Shown here one piece after another: positions 30,315 to 39,982 of a DNA stretch of 64,000 nt (position 1 is its first letter; each line of letters begins with the position of its first letter). The DNA comes from an uncultured virus (IMG/VR IMGVR_UViG_3300017917_004074) (lineage: Duplodnaviria; Heunggongvirae; Uroviricota; Caudoviricetes), in IMG/VR virus record IMGVR_UViG_3300017917_004074. One strand, written 5' to 3'. The translations under genes and the position numbers were made by a program. The notes under the pieces were generated by a model. The model worked only from the letters and a program-made list of their open reading frames with translations. It had not been told where the DNA came from and did no database searches.

Positions 30315-32411
30315 TTATTTTGCGTTGTCCCTCACAAACTTTACCTCACAAGAATCTGTAGTGCAGTATCGTTCGCCTATGGCGTCTGCGGCCATCCCAG
30401 CATATACGCCCGTTAAATCAATCGGGAATAGCTTATTGACCTGATCTAAATATTCCTGCTCTGTTATTTGCGTGTAGGGCATTTGTGGATATGTATCATT
30501 GCCACTTGGAAGAAATGATACAGTTTTCAGTTGCCCGTCGTGCATGTGCAAAACAGTTCCAATATACTGAGCTTCTGTGTCTTTATTAAAAGATACAGTA
30601 ACTGAAACAGAATTGTCTGACCAGTATCTCTGAGCAGTTGTAGCTAGCGCCATCTTTTCAAAAATTGTTACATCTTTTTCAGATCTGACAGCGTGAGATT
30701 TAATTGGGAAATATACAACAGAGGTTGTATCCGGTGACTCAGCTGCTGGTTCAACTTTATAATTAGCCATTTTAAATAGTGGCAGCATTGGATCTTCGTT
30801 TGAAAATCTAATTGTTCTATTAAAAAACTTACCACCAGGAGTCCAGTGGACACCGGGGGACTCCCCTGCCAAAATCGAAACAGTACCAGATGGTTTAACT
30901 GTTGTCATTTTAATAGACTCACGAATCCCAAGCCATTCAGAATAAACATTGTCATATCTTTGTACTGTTTTATAGCCTTGGTTCATCCACTCTTTTAGAA
31001 CTGGCATTCCAAGACGGTCTGCAAAGTCTGCGACACCAGACATGGATGTTCCTATTCTCCTATTTCTTTGCATGATTGCGTTTGTTTCTTCCCAGTGTGT
31101 CGGCAAAAGAGTTACTGTTTTAGCGTATAGGTACGCAAATTTTAATGTGCGCTTGTAGTCTTCCAGGCTTTCGTGCCTACCCAAATAGGTCTCAACCAAC
31201 GTACAGCACTCATAAGACTCCAGTGATTGCTCCGCACATGGATTGTACCCAGCGACTCTATGATCTTTATTGTTTGGCGGGTCGATCAGTCTGCCATATT
31301 TTCTGGAAATATCCATCCAGATAACACCTGGCTCACCATTTAATGAAATTCCCTCTATGATTGGCGTAAGGTCTGCTCCAACTTCTGTTTCAACGGAATT
31401 GTTTGACATCCAACCCCAACCTGGTGCAGATGGGTCGTAAGAGTTGCGCTCTGGAAATCTATCTTTGTTTTTTAAATTTAAAAATTGTTCATCATTTAAC
31501 CTACCTATTAACAATTCTGCAGAACGTCTAACGTTACCAGAAACAACACAAACTCCAATAAGATTGCCTATATCAGCAATGTCTACTCTTGTTAGCTTTG
31601 AGCCGCTTCTGCCAGCAAACATCCTATTGATATGCTGATGCAGCTTTAAGAGCGGCTCATGACCAGCAGCAACGCCTCCAAAAGTTTTTATTGGAGTACC
31701 AGATGGCCTTATCAGCGAATAGTCAAACGAGTATCTTGGTTGATTTTCTTTTAGGTAGGAATTTAACAATAAAGTTAATGACTCTACCCAACCCTCTCTT
31801 GTGTCTGGAATAATGTAAGTAATATTTTCACCATTTGGTTCATGGATTACGAAATCTTTGTCTGCGCCTTTGTCATCAAAACCAACGCCAACACCAAGCA
31901 TTGAGGCCTCCATCAGGAACGCAAAGGGTCTTGCTGGATTTATTTTAGTCATTTCTGATGTTGAAACAAACGCGCAATTCTGTAGTGCCGCTGAGTTTTT
32001 CTGTACATTGACTATGTTTGTACCCATAGCCCAAAGGCCTCGACCAGGAGGGGTCCACTTAAGATTGAACAGTCTGTCAAATGCCTCTTTCGCGCTTGCT
32101 TGTGCCTTAGCGTCATTCCAAGGAAGTCTATTCTTTTTGCAATGATCTTTCTGTAGAGAATAGGTTCCATTGATAACTCGCTCACATACATCTACCCATG
32201 ATTCTTTTGATCCGTCCTCTTTTAATCTACTGTAGGTTCTAAGAAATGTGATTTCTCCTACACTATTACCGCCTGCGTCTTTATACCCAAATGGGGATGG
32301 CTTTGATCTATAGCTATCTATAAATTCTTCACTAATCCTAAAAGAAAACATAGTAGATTTTGCTGTTAGTGGGGCTGCGTCTGGATTTCCGTTTTCAATT
32401 TCTTGTATCAT
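30315..32411 (-). CDS. nrdJ: Class II (B12-dependent) ribonucleoside-triphosphate reductase
   Basis: RTYSR, PPGRGLW, LQNCAF, GNVRRSA, NPCAEQSL, TTVKPSGT, C-terminal CTTDSC. Confidence 0.93.
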   Translation of the reverse strand: MIQEIENGNPDAAPLTAKSTMFSFRISEEFIDSYRSKPSPFGYKDAGGNSVGEITFLRTYSRLKEDGSKESWVDVCERVINGTYSLQKDHCKKNRLPWNDAKAQASAKEAFDRLFNLKWTPPGRGLWAMGTNIVNVQKNSAALQNCAFVSTSEMTKINPARPFAFLMEASMLGVGVGFDDKGADKDFVIHEPNGENITYIIPDTREGWVESLTLLLNSYLKENQPRYSFDYSLIRPSGTPIKTFGGVAAGHEPLLKLHQHINRMFAGRSGSKLTRVDIADIGNLIGVCVVSGNVRRSAELLIGRLNDEQFLNLKNKDRFPERNSYDPSAPGWGWMSNNSVETEVGADLTPIIEGISLNGEPGVIWMDISRKYGRLIDPPNNKDHRVAGYNPCAEQSLESYECCTLVETYLGRHESLEDYKRTLKFAYLYAKTVTLLPTHWEETNAIMQRNRRIGTSMSGVADFADRLGMPVLKEWMNQGYKTVQRYDNVYSEWLGIRESIKMTTVKPSGTVSILAGESPGVHWTPGGKFFNRTIRFSNEDPMLPLFKMANYKVEPAAESPDTTSVVYFPIKSHAVRSEKDVTIFEKMALATTAQRYWSDNSVSVTVSFNKDTEAQYIGTVLHMHDGQLKTVSFLPSGNDTYPQMPYTQITEQEYLDQVNKLFPIDLTGVYAGMAADAIGERYCTTDSCEVKFVRDNAK

Positions 32412-32422
32412 TTTATTCTCCT

Positions 32423-33125
32423 TCAGTTAACTACTAGTGTTTTAATAAATTTGGGATTTAGTTTTTCTATTTCTTTTGACTTTATTTTTTTGATTTGATC
32501 AAATGTGTATACATTATATATTTCTCTTTCAAAAAAGTATCCACTTCTCCAGTTAAATACTTTTTCTACATTATTTGTATGACTTGTAAATATATTAGAT
32601 ATAACAGCTCCACCATATATTCTAATTAAGTTCTGCATTTTTTTGTTAACAACTTCTTTTGTTTTCTCCGTTATAGCTCCACTGCTTTCTGCATGGGAGT
32701 ATAGCCAGTTGTAAGCCTGTCTAGTAATCGGAGAGTAATCGATTGGATCTATGACACCTAGCTCTAATAATGATTTGTGATTATTCTGTATATCAATGTC
32801 TTTTTTTACAACTTCTCTGAATAAAGAAAACCAGTCTTTTTCTTTATATTGGTTCCAAGTTGGACACCAAAAAAGCATCAAATGAACTGGATCTGGAATA
32901 TTTGTTTTTTCCATAGTTGGAAGAAGCATTGTACACGCAATAGCTTTTTTAACTTCTTCCTTACTCAGGTCAGAATTTTTGTTTTTGTTTTCAAAATTTG
33001 TCCACAACTTACTAATGTGGGTATCCCAATCTGATTCTCCGAATATATATATTCAGATACTTTTCTGCCAAATCCAGTGGCATTGTACCCTTATTAACTA
33101 CCGACATCATCTTCTCTAACATCAT
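32423..33125 (-). CDS. Hypothetical protein; needs +1 skip at CGG 33039-33041
   Basis: AAGGA SD, MMLEKMM...YLNIYI-(C)-GESDWDTHISKLWTNF. Confidence 0.7.
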
Positions 33126-33185
33126 CTGGATAATCCTTATTAAATCTACTGAAAATCGAATAAACCTATATACTGTCTCTTATAA

Positions 33186-33214
33186 CTAACAATCCCGCCC
33201 TGTTAGGGGCGGGA
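33186..33214 (-). terminator. Probable terminator hairpin
   Basis: TCCCGCCC-CTAACA-GGGCGGGA then TTGTTAGTT on the minus strand. Confidence 0.6.
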
Positions 33215-33246
33215 CAAACATTATTCATGTCTATTTCCGCTGCACA

Positions 33247-33255
33247 ATTATAGCA
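33247..33255 (-). promoter_or_regulatory. Extended -10 promoter
   Basis: TGCTATAAT in intergenic DNA. Confidence 0.55.
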
Positions 33256-33290
33256 GGAGGAAATGTTGTTAGATTGTTTTTGAACGAAAA

Positions 33291-33872
33291 TTACAAAGCG
33301 CTTCTAATACCCTTAAATTCCAAAACTTTATTTCTACCGTAGTCAGATGCGGTGTTTGGTTGACCATAGCCACTTGGGAATACATTCGCGCTCGCTACAC
33401 CATCAAATGTGTAGTTATCGTACAAGCTGTAATCTGTTGTTCTCTGAGCATGTCCGTAGCCTGAGCTAAAAGCTTCGGCTGAGGCAACGCCGTCAAAAAC
33501 GTAATTCGTGTAGAGTGCGTAGGCTCTTGTTTTATCTGAAGCGTGTCCGTAACCTGAAGTAAACACTCCAGAAACACCCTTGTAGGTATGTGGTTTAAAT
33601 CTAGCGCCTTCGTAACCAACACCATCGGCCATGGTTCCCGAGAGTGGGTGGACATAAAGTGTGGTTCCGTTAAAGATCTGGGACAATAGAACGTTGCCTG
33701 GGTGACGACCAGTGCCAGGAACGTAGTGATTATCTGGGCCACCAGTTAAAACGCCTGGGGCAAAGAGTGGGTAGAAAGAGTAGGTGCCAGCAGTACCCTT
33801 CCACGGATTAACCATGTCGCTGCTGTTACGGCCCCTAAGAACCGGCCTTGGACCAACATAAAATGTAGCCAT
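33291..33872 (-). CDS. Gly/Tyr-rich protein with internal repeats, probably virion-associated
   Basis: AAGGAG SD; repeated F.SGYG(H/Q)...Y.LY.NY.FDGVASA units. Confidence 0.7.
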   Translation of the reverse strand: MATFYVGPRPVLRGRNSSDMVNPWKGTAGTYSFYPLFAPGVLTGGPDNHYVPGTGRHPGNVLLSQIFNGTTLYVHPLSGTMADGVGYEGARFKPHTYKGVSGVFTSGYGHASDKTRAYALYTNYVFDGVASAEAFSSGYGHAQRTTDYSLYDNYTFDGVASANVFPSGYGQPNTASDYGRNKVLEFKGIRSAL

Positions 33873-33938
33873 ATCAGTATCTCCTTAGATTTGCTTTCCT
33901 ATATAGTAAAAAGAAATAGCCTTTTTACACTTTTAAAA

Positions 33939-35207
33939 TTAAGTATAATTTATAATTAAGTCAGACAAAACTGGAGCTGTTCCGTCCCCCAATTTGTTAA
34001 GTGTGACCTCAATCCATACGGACGTAGACCCAGGTACTACATCCAAAGTATAAGAGGACCCCTGCTTATAGATCACTCTGTAGCTAAATGCGGTTGATAT
34101 AAGCTCATCCGGAACGTTATACATCTTCGGTATGACTTCTTCTACGTTTTGAATTGTAGTGTTATTTGGAGCAGTAAACTTTATTATTGTTTTTCCAGTA
34201 TCCAAAAACTTTTGGGACCTTACATCAATATCGGATAGCCCATATGTGTATACATACTTGCCGTTTTCTGATATATAGCTTCTTTGTCTTAAGAGAACTC
34301 TAATCGCATTAATTTGTATTGGAGGGAAATAGAATCCAATAGGACCGGAATTCAAAATTACGTCATTACCCAGTACAGACCAACCACCCGGTGGCACCTT
34401 GCCAATAGCTTCTGTTTGATTATTGTAAAGCCTATTAAAGTTGAGGGGTGTCCACGTACTGGTGGAATCTAAGGCGGGATTTGTGTCCGAAGAATATTCC
34501 AACGAAAGAACATCAACACCGAATATAGGATATGGTATTAATGAAACAAAATTACTTGCTGCAGAACCAGAAAAAGACGATGGTATTTTTATATATAGAT
34601 ACATCTGAGCGCCCGCTGCCGATGGGGCATCGGCAATAACGTTTCTCTTCCAAAATTTATCAGAGGAATCCAGTAAAGAATAATAAACTGGAGTAGTATC
34701 AATCAAAGAGTTAGTCGTATCAACTCCACTAAAGGAGTTGTCTATTTTCATTTCAAGAAAATCCGGTATTACCTGCGCGTTGGCTGAATCAAAAAACTTA
34801 ATCTTTGAATGCGAAGATCCCTGAACCCTAGGAAGAGTAATAATGTTGTATGTATGATCAAAGCTTAACGCTTCTGTGCTAGTTATCGCAAAAGTTGGAT
34901 CTGAAATAAAAGACGCTACATCTATTTGCGAGTAGGTGTATATCGATAACTTTTTGTAGCCAGACTCTGACTCGTACTCCAAAGCTTTAACTCTATCTTC
35001 CAAATCTAATACTGCCATCGATAAAGAGTGGTGATCCTTTAAAACTCTCTCAAATGCCTCAGACAACTTTTGATCAAGTATGCCAGACCTGTTGTAAAGG
35101 TGCACAAGATCATTATAGTTCTGCTCTGCCCTTAAATTAAAATCTGAACTACTTACTGGTCCATTGTATTGAACTGTTCTATTTTCTGAGTCTAAAAAAT
35201 CAGACAT
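33939..35207 (-). CDS. Putative baseplate/tail structural protein
   Basis: Long ORF in the structural operon; YTYGLSDIDV motif and PVLSDLIINY end resemble neighbours. Confidence 0.6.
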   Translation of the reverse strand: MSDFLDSENRTVQYNGPVSSSDFNLRAEQNYNDLVHLYNRSGILDQKLSEAFERVLKDHHSLSMAVLDLEDRVKALEYESESGYKKLSIYTYSQIDVASFISDPTFAITSTEALSFDHTYNIITLPRVQGSSHSKIKFFDSANAQVIPDFLEMKIDNSFSGVDTTNSLIDTTPVYYSLLDSSDKFWKRNVIADAPSAAGAQMYLYIKIPSSFSGSAASNFVSLIPYPIFGVDVLSLEYSSDTNPALDSTSTWTPLNFNRLYNNQTEAIGKVPPGGWSVLGNDVILNSGPIGFYFPPIQINAIRVLLRQRSYISENGKYVYTYGLSDIDVRSQKFLDTGKTIIKFTAPNNTTIQNVEEVIPKMYNVPDELISTAFSYRVIYKQGSSYTLDVVPGSTSVWIEVTLNKLGDGTAPVLSDLIINYT

Positions 35208-35208
35208 A

Positions 35209-35643
35209 TTACCTCACTCGTCTTTCTAGTTGATTAATCTTAAAATTTAAATTTGATAGTTTGGCGGCAATTGCTGTTGTTGTATATATTTTATCGGTTT
35301 CGTCTGTCAATGACGGAGTAGCTGCCGCATGAGCGTTAAAAAAAGAAACTGAATCTGGCGTTAAATCATAGTACTTTGCGCCATAAAATTCTGAATCAGC
35401 TGCATTTTCTATTTGATGAGTTGTTGAATTTTCAGCTCCTATAAATGTTTTTACTTTATTAAATATTTTGGTATTCAGTAATTCAAATTCGATATATAGT
35501 CTTTGAACATCTAAGTATACCTTTTGATAAAATAAATTTTCTGTATGGCTTTTTCTGGGTCCCCTGTAAAAAGCACGAATTTTTTTCAACAGCGGTTGCC
35601 TAATAATTTTCTTTTTTTGTGGATCCTGATATGAAATTGCCAT
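35209..35643 (-). CDS. Putative structural protein
   Basis: Operon context; YRGPRKS motif. Confidence 0.55.
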   Translation of the reverse strand: MAISYQDPQKKKIIRQPLLKKIRAFYRGPRKSHTENLFYQKVYLDVQRLYIEFELLNTKIFNKVKTFIGAENSTTHQIENAADSEFYGAKYYDLTPDSVSFFNAHAAATPSLTDETDKIYTTTAIAAKLSNLNFKINQLERRVR

Positions 35644-35648
35644 GGTTA

Positions 35649-37841
35649 CTACGCAAGCTCCTCGTCCTGTATATGCTGTGCTTTCTTAAATTTTACCGTA
35701 TATGAATCAATTGATGGGGAGCCAATTGGGTTTTGTGACCTTGAAAGATCAGCCCTAAATCGAACTGATTCGATCTTATTTGGATTATTTGTATAATAGA
35801 ATATTCTAGAATTTGACCTAATGTCTGTTCTGCTCATTATTTCTTTGTTGCCAAAAAAGTTTTCTATTGTAAATACGTAATCATATTCAGATCTATTTTT
35901 CTTGAATTCAAGTGGATCAACATAACTGTAGTAATCCAAGTATACAAGACCATAATTTGCTAGAGTTTTTCCTTCCATAAGCGTTATTGAACCGTTAGCA
36001 CCGCCTTCAATGTCTATCGCTACTCTAACGGAATTAACTCCTTGTTTAAAATTCCATTCAATTGTTTCAGAAAACTGACCAGCGGGTATGTAAGTCGGCT
36101 TACCGTTTAGGTATACTGCTACATTCCAATCTTTGGAAATACTATCGTTTTTAATAAATGTATGTCTTACGGTTTTTTCAGATGAACAAAGAACTTTAGT
36201 GTCTAAAAGAACACTTATCCCAGATAAATTAGGGCCAACAAAAAACGTTGGGTTTTGAGAGACATCATATTTTGGTATAGTATAAAGCTGCCTAACGCTT
36301 GAACGACCGTTAATTATAGAATCCCAAGTAGATAGTCCGTCTATTTCGTTAAATATTTTTTGCGTATAATTAACATAATATCCATTTACTAAACCAGTAC
36401 CTGATAATATGTAGGAATTATAAGGATTATCAAAACTATCAATTTTTGCTACTCTATATATTAAACTACCTGGATATAAATCCACTGTTGGATTTTGCTG
36501 ATTAATATTTTGGACATCCGCTTTTGCAGCGAGGGGTATTTTTTGTATTTCTGTTTCTGAGTTTTGAACTTGATCTACTATTTTTTTTGACCTTAAATAT
36601 GTACCCTCAAACTTAACCACTGAAGGGTAGGAAGCAAGGGGGTCATTTGTAGCTGAAATTGGTATCCAACTAAAATCCGAAAGTATTTGCGCTGCTGGGT
36701 TATCTTCTGCAATAAAATACGAAATGGATCCGTTTTCAAAGCCAGACTGATTAACAGATATCGAAATACTGTCTATCGCTAAATTTTTATTATCATTGGT
36801 TTTTAATTTTATCGGCTTGCTAACATAAGTAGCAGCTCGTTCATAATATTTTCCAGATATAGATATGTCCCTAAAACCGTATCGATATACATATTTATCT
36901 TTTTTATTCTCTTCTATATAGTCTGGTTCTGATTTTGTAAAATATAAATCTATAGATGCTACGTCGCCAGCTTCAAAATTAAAAGAAAATCTATCGTAGT
37001 CTTTGGATGATTTTTTACCAAATACGTTACTCTTTTTTGTTGGATCAGAATAGTTTACTCTACAATATATATCAACTGGAGAAATTGTATTTAACCTTCC
37101 AGATATAGAAGAAACAACAACGCTACTTGTAATGGGCAAATTTATTTGAAAGGTTATTAAGCCTACAGAATCAAAATTAAATGTTTTATTCCATTCCGTG
37201 TTTTCCAGTCCATCAAATACAGACGGGAAAAATGACTCATCAGAAATTGCCTGATTTGAGTAGATTGAATTTTTATTAAAAGAAAGCGAATATGTTGCTC
37301 CTCGAGGGACTACGCTCTTTGCCGAAACAAGATCAAATACCGCCGAAGACAACGTGGGAAGTGTCACCTTTCCATTTGAGATGTCAACATACGCACTGGT
37401 AAACGATAAATCAGTACCATCAGCTGTTGCAAAACTGTCAGTGTAAGCCGAAAAGACTCCATCTGAGTTTTGATTTGTAAACATAATATCGTCAATTTTA
37501 TTTTCTAATTCTATTCTTCTTGCTCGTAAATTTTGTAATCTTTTATTTAAAGCGGTCGTTGTTGACATAATTTCTTCAGCGTTTTCAGAAATTGCGTCGT
37601 ACAATATTTCCATATTAAACAGCGCGTGCAGCACTCTTTGGTTGACAACGTCTACGTTACTGGCAAACAATTGTCTAAATATTTCAGACTCTAGAGGCAG
37701 CGGTTGTCCAATTTGATAGTTGGAAAAGTATCTAGAAAAAAAATCTAGAACTTCTGATTCCTTTGGAATATAACCAGAAGAATAAAGATTTCTATAAATG
37801 ACGTCTAGGAATTTTTCTTTTTGTATATTTGAGATGCTCAT
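35649..37841 (-). CDS. Putative baseplate/tail structural protein
   Basis: 730 aa; YRYGFRDISI and SPSIDSYTVK, paralogous with neighbours. Confidence 0.6.
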   Translation of the reverse strand: MSISNIQKEKFLDVIYRNLYSSGYIPKESEVLDFFSRYFSNYQIGQPLPLESEIFRQLFASNVDVVNQRVLHALFNMEILYDAISENAEEIMSTTTALNKRLQNLRARRIELENKIDDIMFTNQNSDGVFSAYTDSFATADGTDLSFTSAYVDISNGKVTLPTLSSAVFDLVSAKSVVPRGATYSLSFNKNSIYSNQAISDESFFPSVFDGLENTEWNKTFNFDSVGLITFQINLPITSSVVVSSISGRLNTISPVDIYCRVNYSDPTKKSNVFGKKSSKDYDRFSFNFEAGDVASIDLYFTKSEPDYIEENKKDKYVYRYGFRDISISGKYYERAATYVSKPIKLKTNDNKNLAIDSISISVNQSGFENGSISYFIAEDNPAAQILSDFSWIPISATNDPLASYPSVVKFEGTYLRSKKIVDQVQNSETEIQKIPLAAKADVQNINQQNPTVDLYPGSLIYRVAKIDSFDNPYNSYILSGTGLVNGYYVNYTQKIFNEIDGLSTWDSIINGRSSVRQLYTIPKYDVSQNPTFFVGPNLSGISVLLDTKVLCSSEKTVRHTFIKNDSISKDWNVAVYLNGKPTYIPAGQFSETIEWNFKQGVNSVRVAIDIEGGANGSITLMEGKTLANYGLVYLDYYSYVDPLEFKKNRSEYDYVFTIENFFGNKEIMSRTDIRSNSRIFYYTNNPNKIESVRFRADLSRSQNPIGSPSIDSYTVKFKKAQHIQDEELA

Positions 37842-39977
37842 GACTGCTCAACTCTTCCCATTAGTTTATAAGAGTAAATAACCGGGGTTACATTTGCGTA
37901 ACGAGGTTTAAAGATTTCTATTTTAACTTTAATTCTCTTAGTTTCTACGGGGATTGCTGGACTATTATAGTAACCAACGCCGCCCACCTTTTCCCCAGAC
38001 TGTATAAATTCATTAAACGAAAGGACTTCTGGTATGCCTATAAAAGGATTTTCAATTGGAGATATTCTGATCCAATTCTTTGCCTCATCTAAAGAAACAT
38101 ATACTTTAATTAATTGTTCATTTGGGTTTGTGGATTTATAATCGACTTTTGAATCTAATGAAACTGTTAAGTTTTTAATATTATATGGAAACTCATACGT
38201 ATTAGAAACAAATTCAGCTTTAGGAGCATAGATGTGATAGCCAATATCTATGGAACGAATCCCTATGGCGAATCTCTTTGCCGAATAAACTTCGTAATCT
38301 TTTTTAAGACTTATTGAAGCCGTATATGTCTTAGGGTTAAATGCCGCTTTAATGGTTTCAATAGAAATATTTTGAAAATTTGAAGAAGACCATTCACCAG
38401 AAGATATTTTTGAATCAATATAAGCTTTGACTCTATCAGCTGCGTCTTTAGATTCTGCTTTCCAAGCTAAATTGGAATCGGTAGATGCCGCTTTTTCTTG
38501 TTGTTTTTCTGGAGTTTCAAAACCAGTAAAAGAATTTGTGTAATAATATTTAGTTAAAGACGTTCCAGATTGTCTTTGAAATGTAATTGTATATGTGTCG
38601 GCTTTTTCCTGATCTTTATATGTAACATTTATTTGCTTAACAGATAAATCAGACTGCTCCTTGTATATATTGGGTCGAGTTACTGGAGGAACTAAATCAA
38701 AGGTGTTATACTGTATTTCACTAAAGCCCAAAGAGCTCAAGGCACTAGGATCAAATCTTGTTTGAGTATTTAAAGCCGAAAGCCTACCAGAGGATGGTAA
38801 AGGCTTCCAATACATATGCTTAATCTTAATGTTGTTGGAATCAGCTTGTTCCATGTGGACTTGGATTTCTGCTGTTGTAACTTCAGGAAAAACTAATTTA
38901 ACTTTATCGTAAAAGTAATTTTTTGAAGATTCTATTGTAGATGGAACTACCGAACTGCCAACATAAATTGGTTCATTAATTAAATCTATTTCTTTTGCTG
39001 ATGAATCTATTGCCACGACTCTTGCTATCTTGAGTTCAACATTAGGGTTCTGGTCAGTTCCCCAAAATGGGATAATACTTATGTTATTTGTTTTTTGTGC
39101 TCTATCAGATTTAAAACTTAAAACCAATTTGAGGTTTTGCTGAGGGTCATTGCTAATCCACGATTTATATTTTGTAGTTGTAGAGTTTTGTGTTTTTTCT
39201 TCGTAAGAATAAAGAAACTCGTAGTCTTTTGCACCGCGTGCTGCGATGTCTGCTTTGTTTACAAAAATAGATTCATACTCAAAGTAGGTCAATGGATTTG
39301 AGTCTACGATGTTTTGCAGTAAACCGGCAGACGGGTTATCCTGATAGGAGTACTTATAGTTTGAATCTATATCATCTTTAACATAGGCAGCATGACTGTT
39401 ACCCATAAACCCATTCGACTTATTCTCATCTACAGAAACTGATTTTACAATCCAAGAATTGCTATTTTCAAACTGCAGGGAGGCGGCTCCTCCGGCTAAT
39501 CAATGGAAGGGTTCTGCTATTGCCGATATCTATGAAATCCAAATTGTCAAAAGAGTCCGCAAAATAAAATAAATCATCCCCAGGGCTATTTGTATAGGCG
39601 TTTAGTATTTTTACTTTAGACTTGAATCTATTAATAAATCTTGATTCTTTTTCTATTTCTGAATTAAACATATTAAACAAAGATACAACCATAGCTGTTT
39701 GATAGTCCAGCTGTTTTGCTATTATGTTAAGATCACTTGAAACTGAGTTTATAAACCTATTCATTTTTTCTGATGAAGGCGGCTCTCCCTTAATAATCGG
39801 TTCATACTTTGAACTTTGTTTTAATACAAACTTATTAATTTCTGTAATTAATGAATTATATTCTTCAGATATTTCAGTATATGAGGCTGTTTTATTGTTT
39901 CTATATTTAGAAATAAATTCTTGTATCTTTTTTATTATTTGATCATAATAAATTGTATTTGTAGATAGTTGAGCCAT
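37838..39977 (-). CDS. Putative structural protein (about 712 aa); needs +1 skip at CGG 39492-39494
   Basis: ...TLPLIS-(C)-GGAASLQFENSNSWIVKS... reads open into MGNSHAA. Confidence 0.7.
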
Positions 39978-39982
39978 AATAA

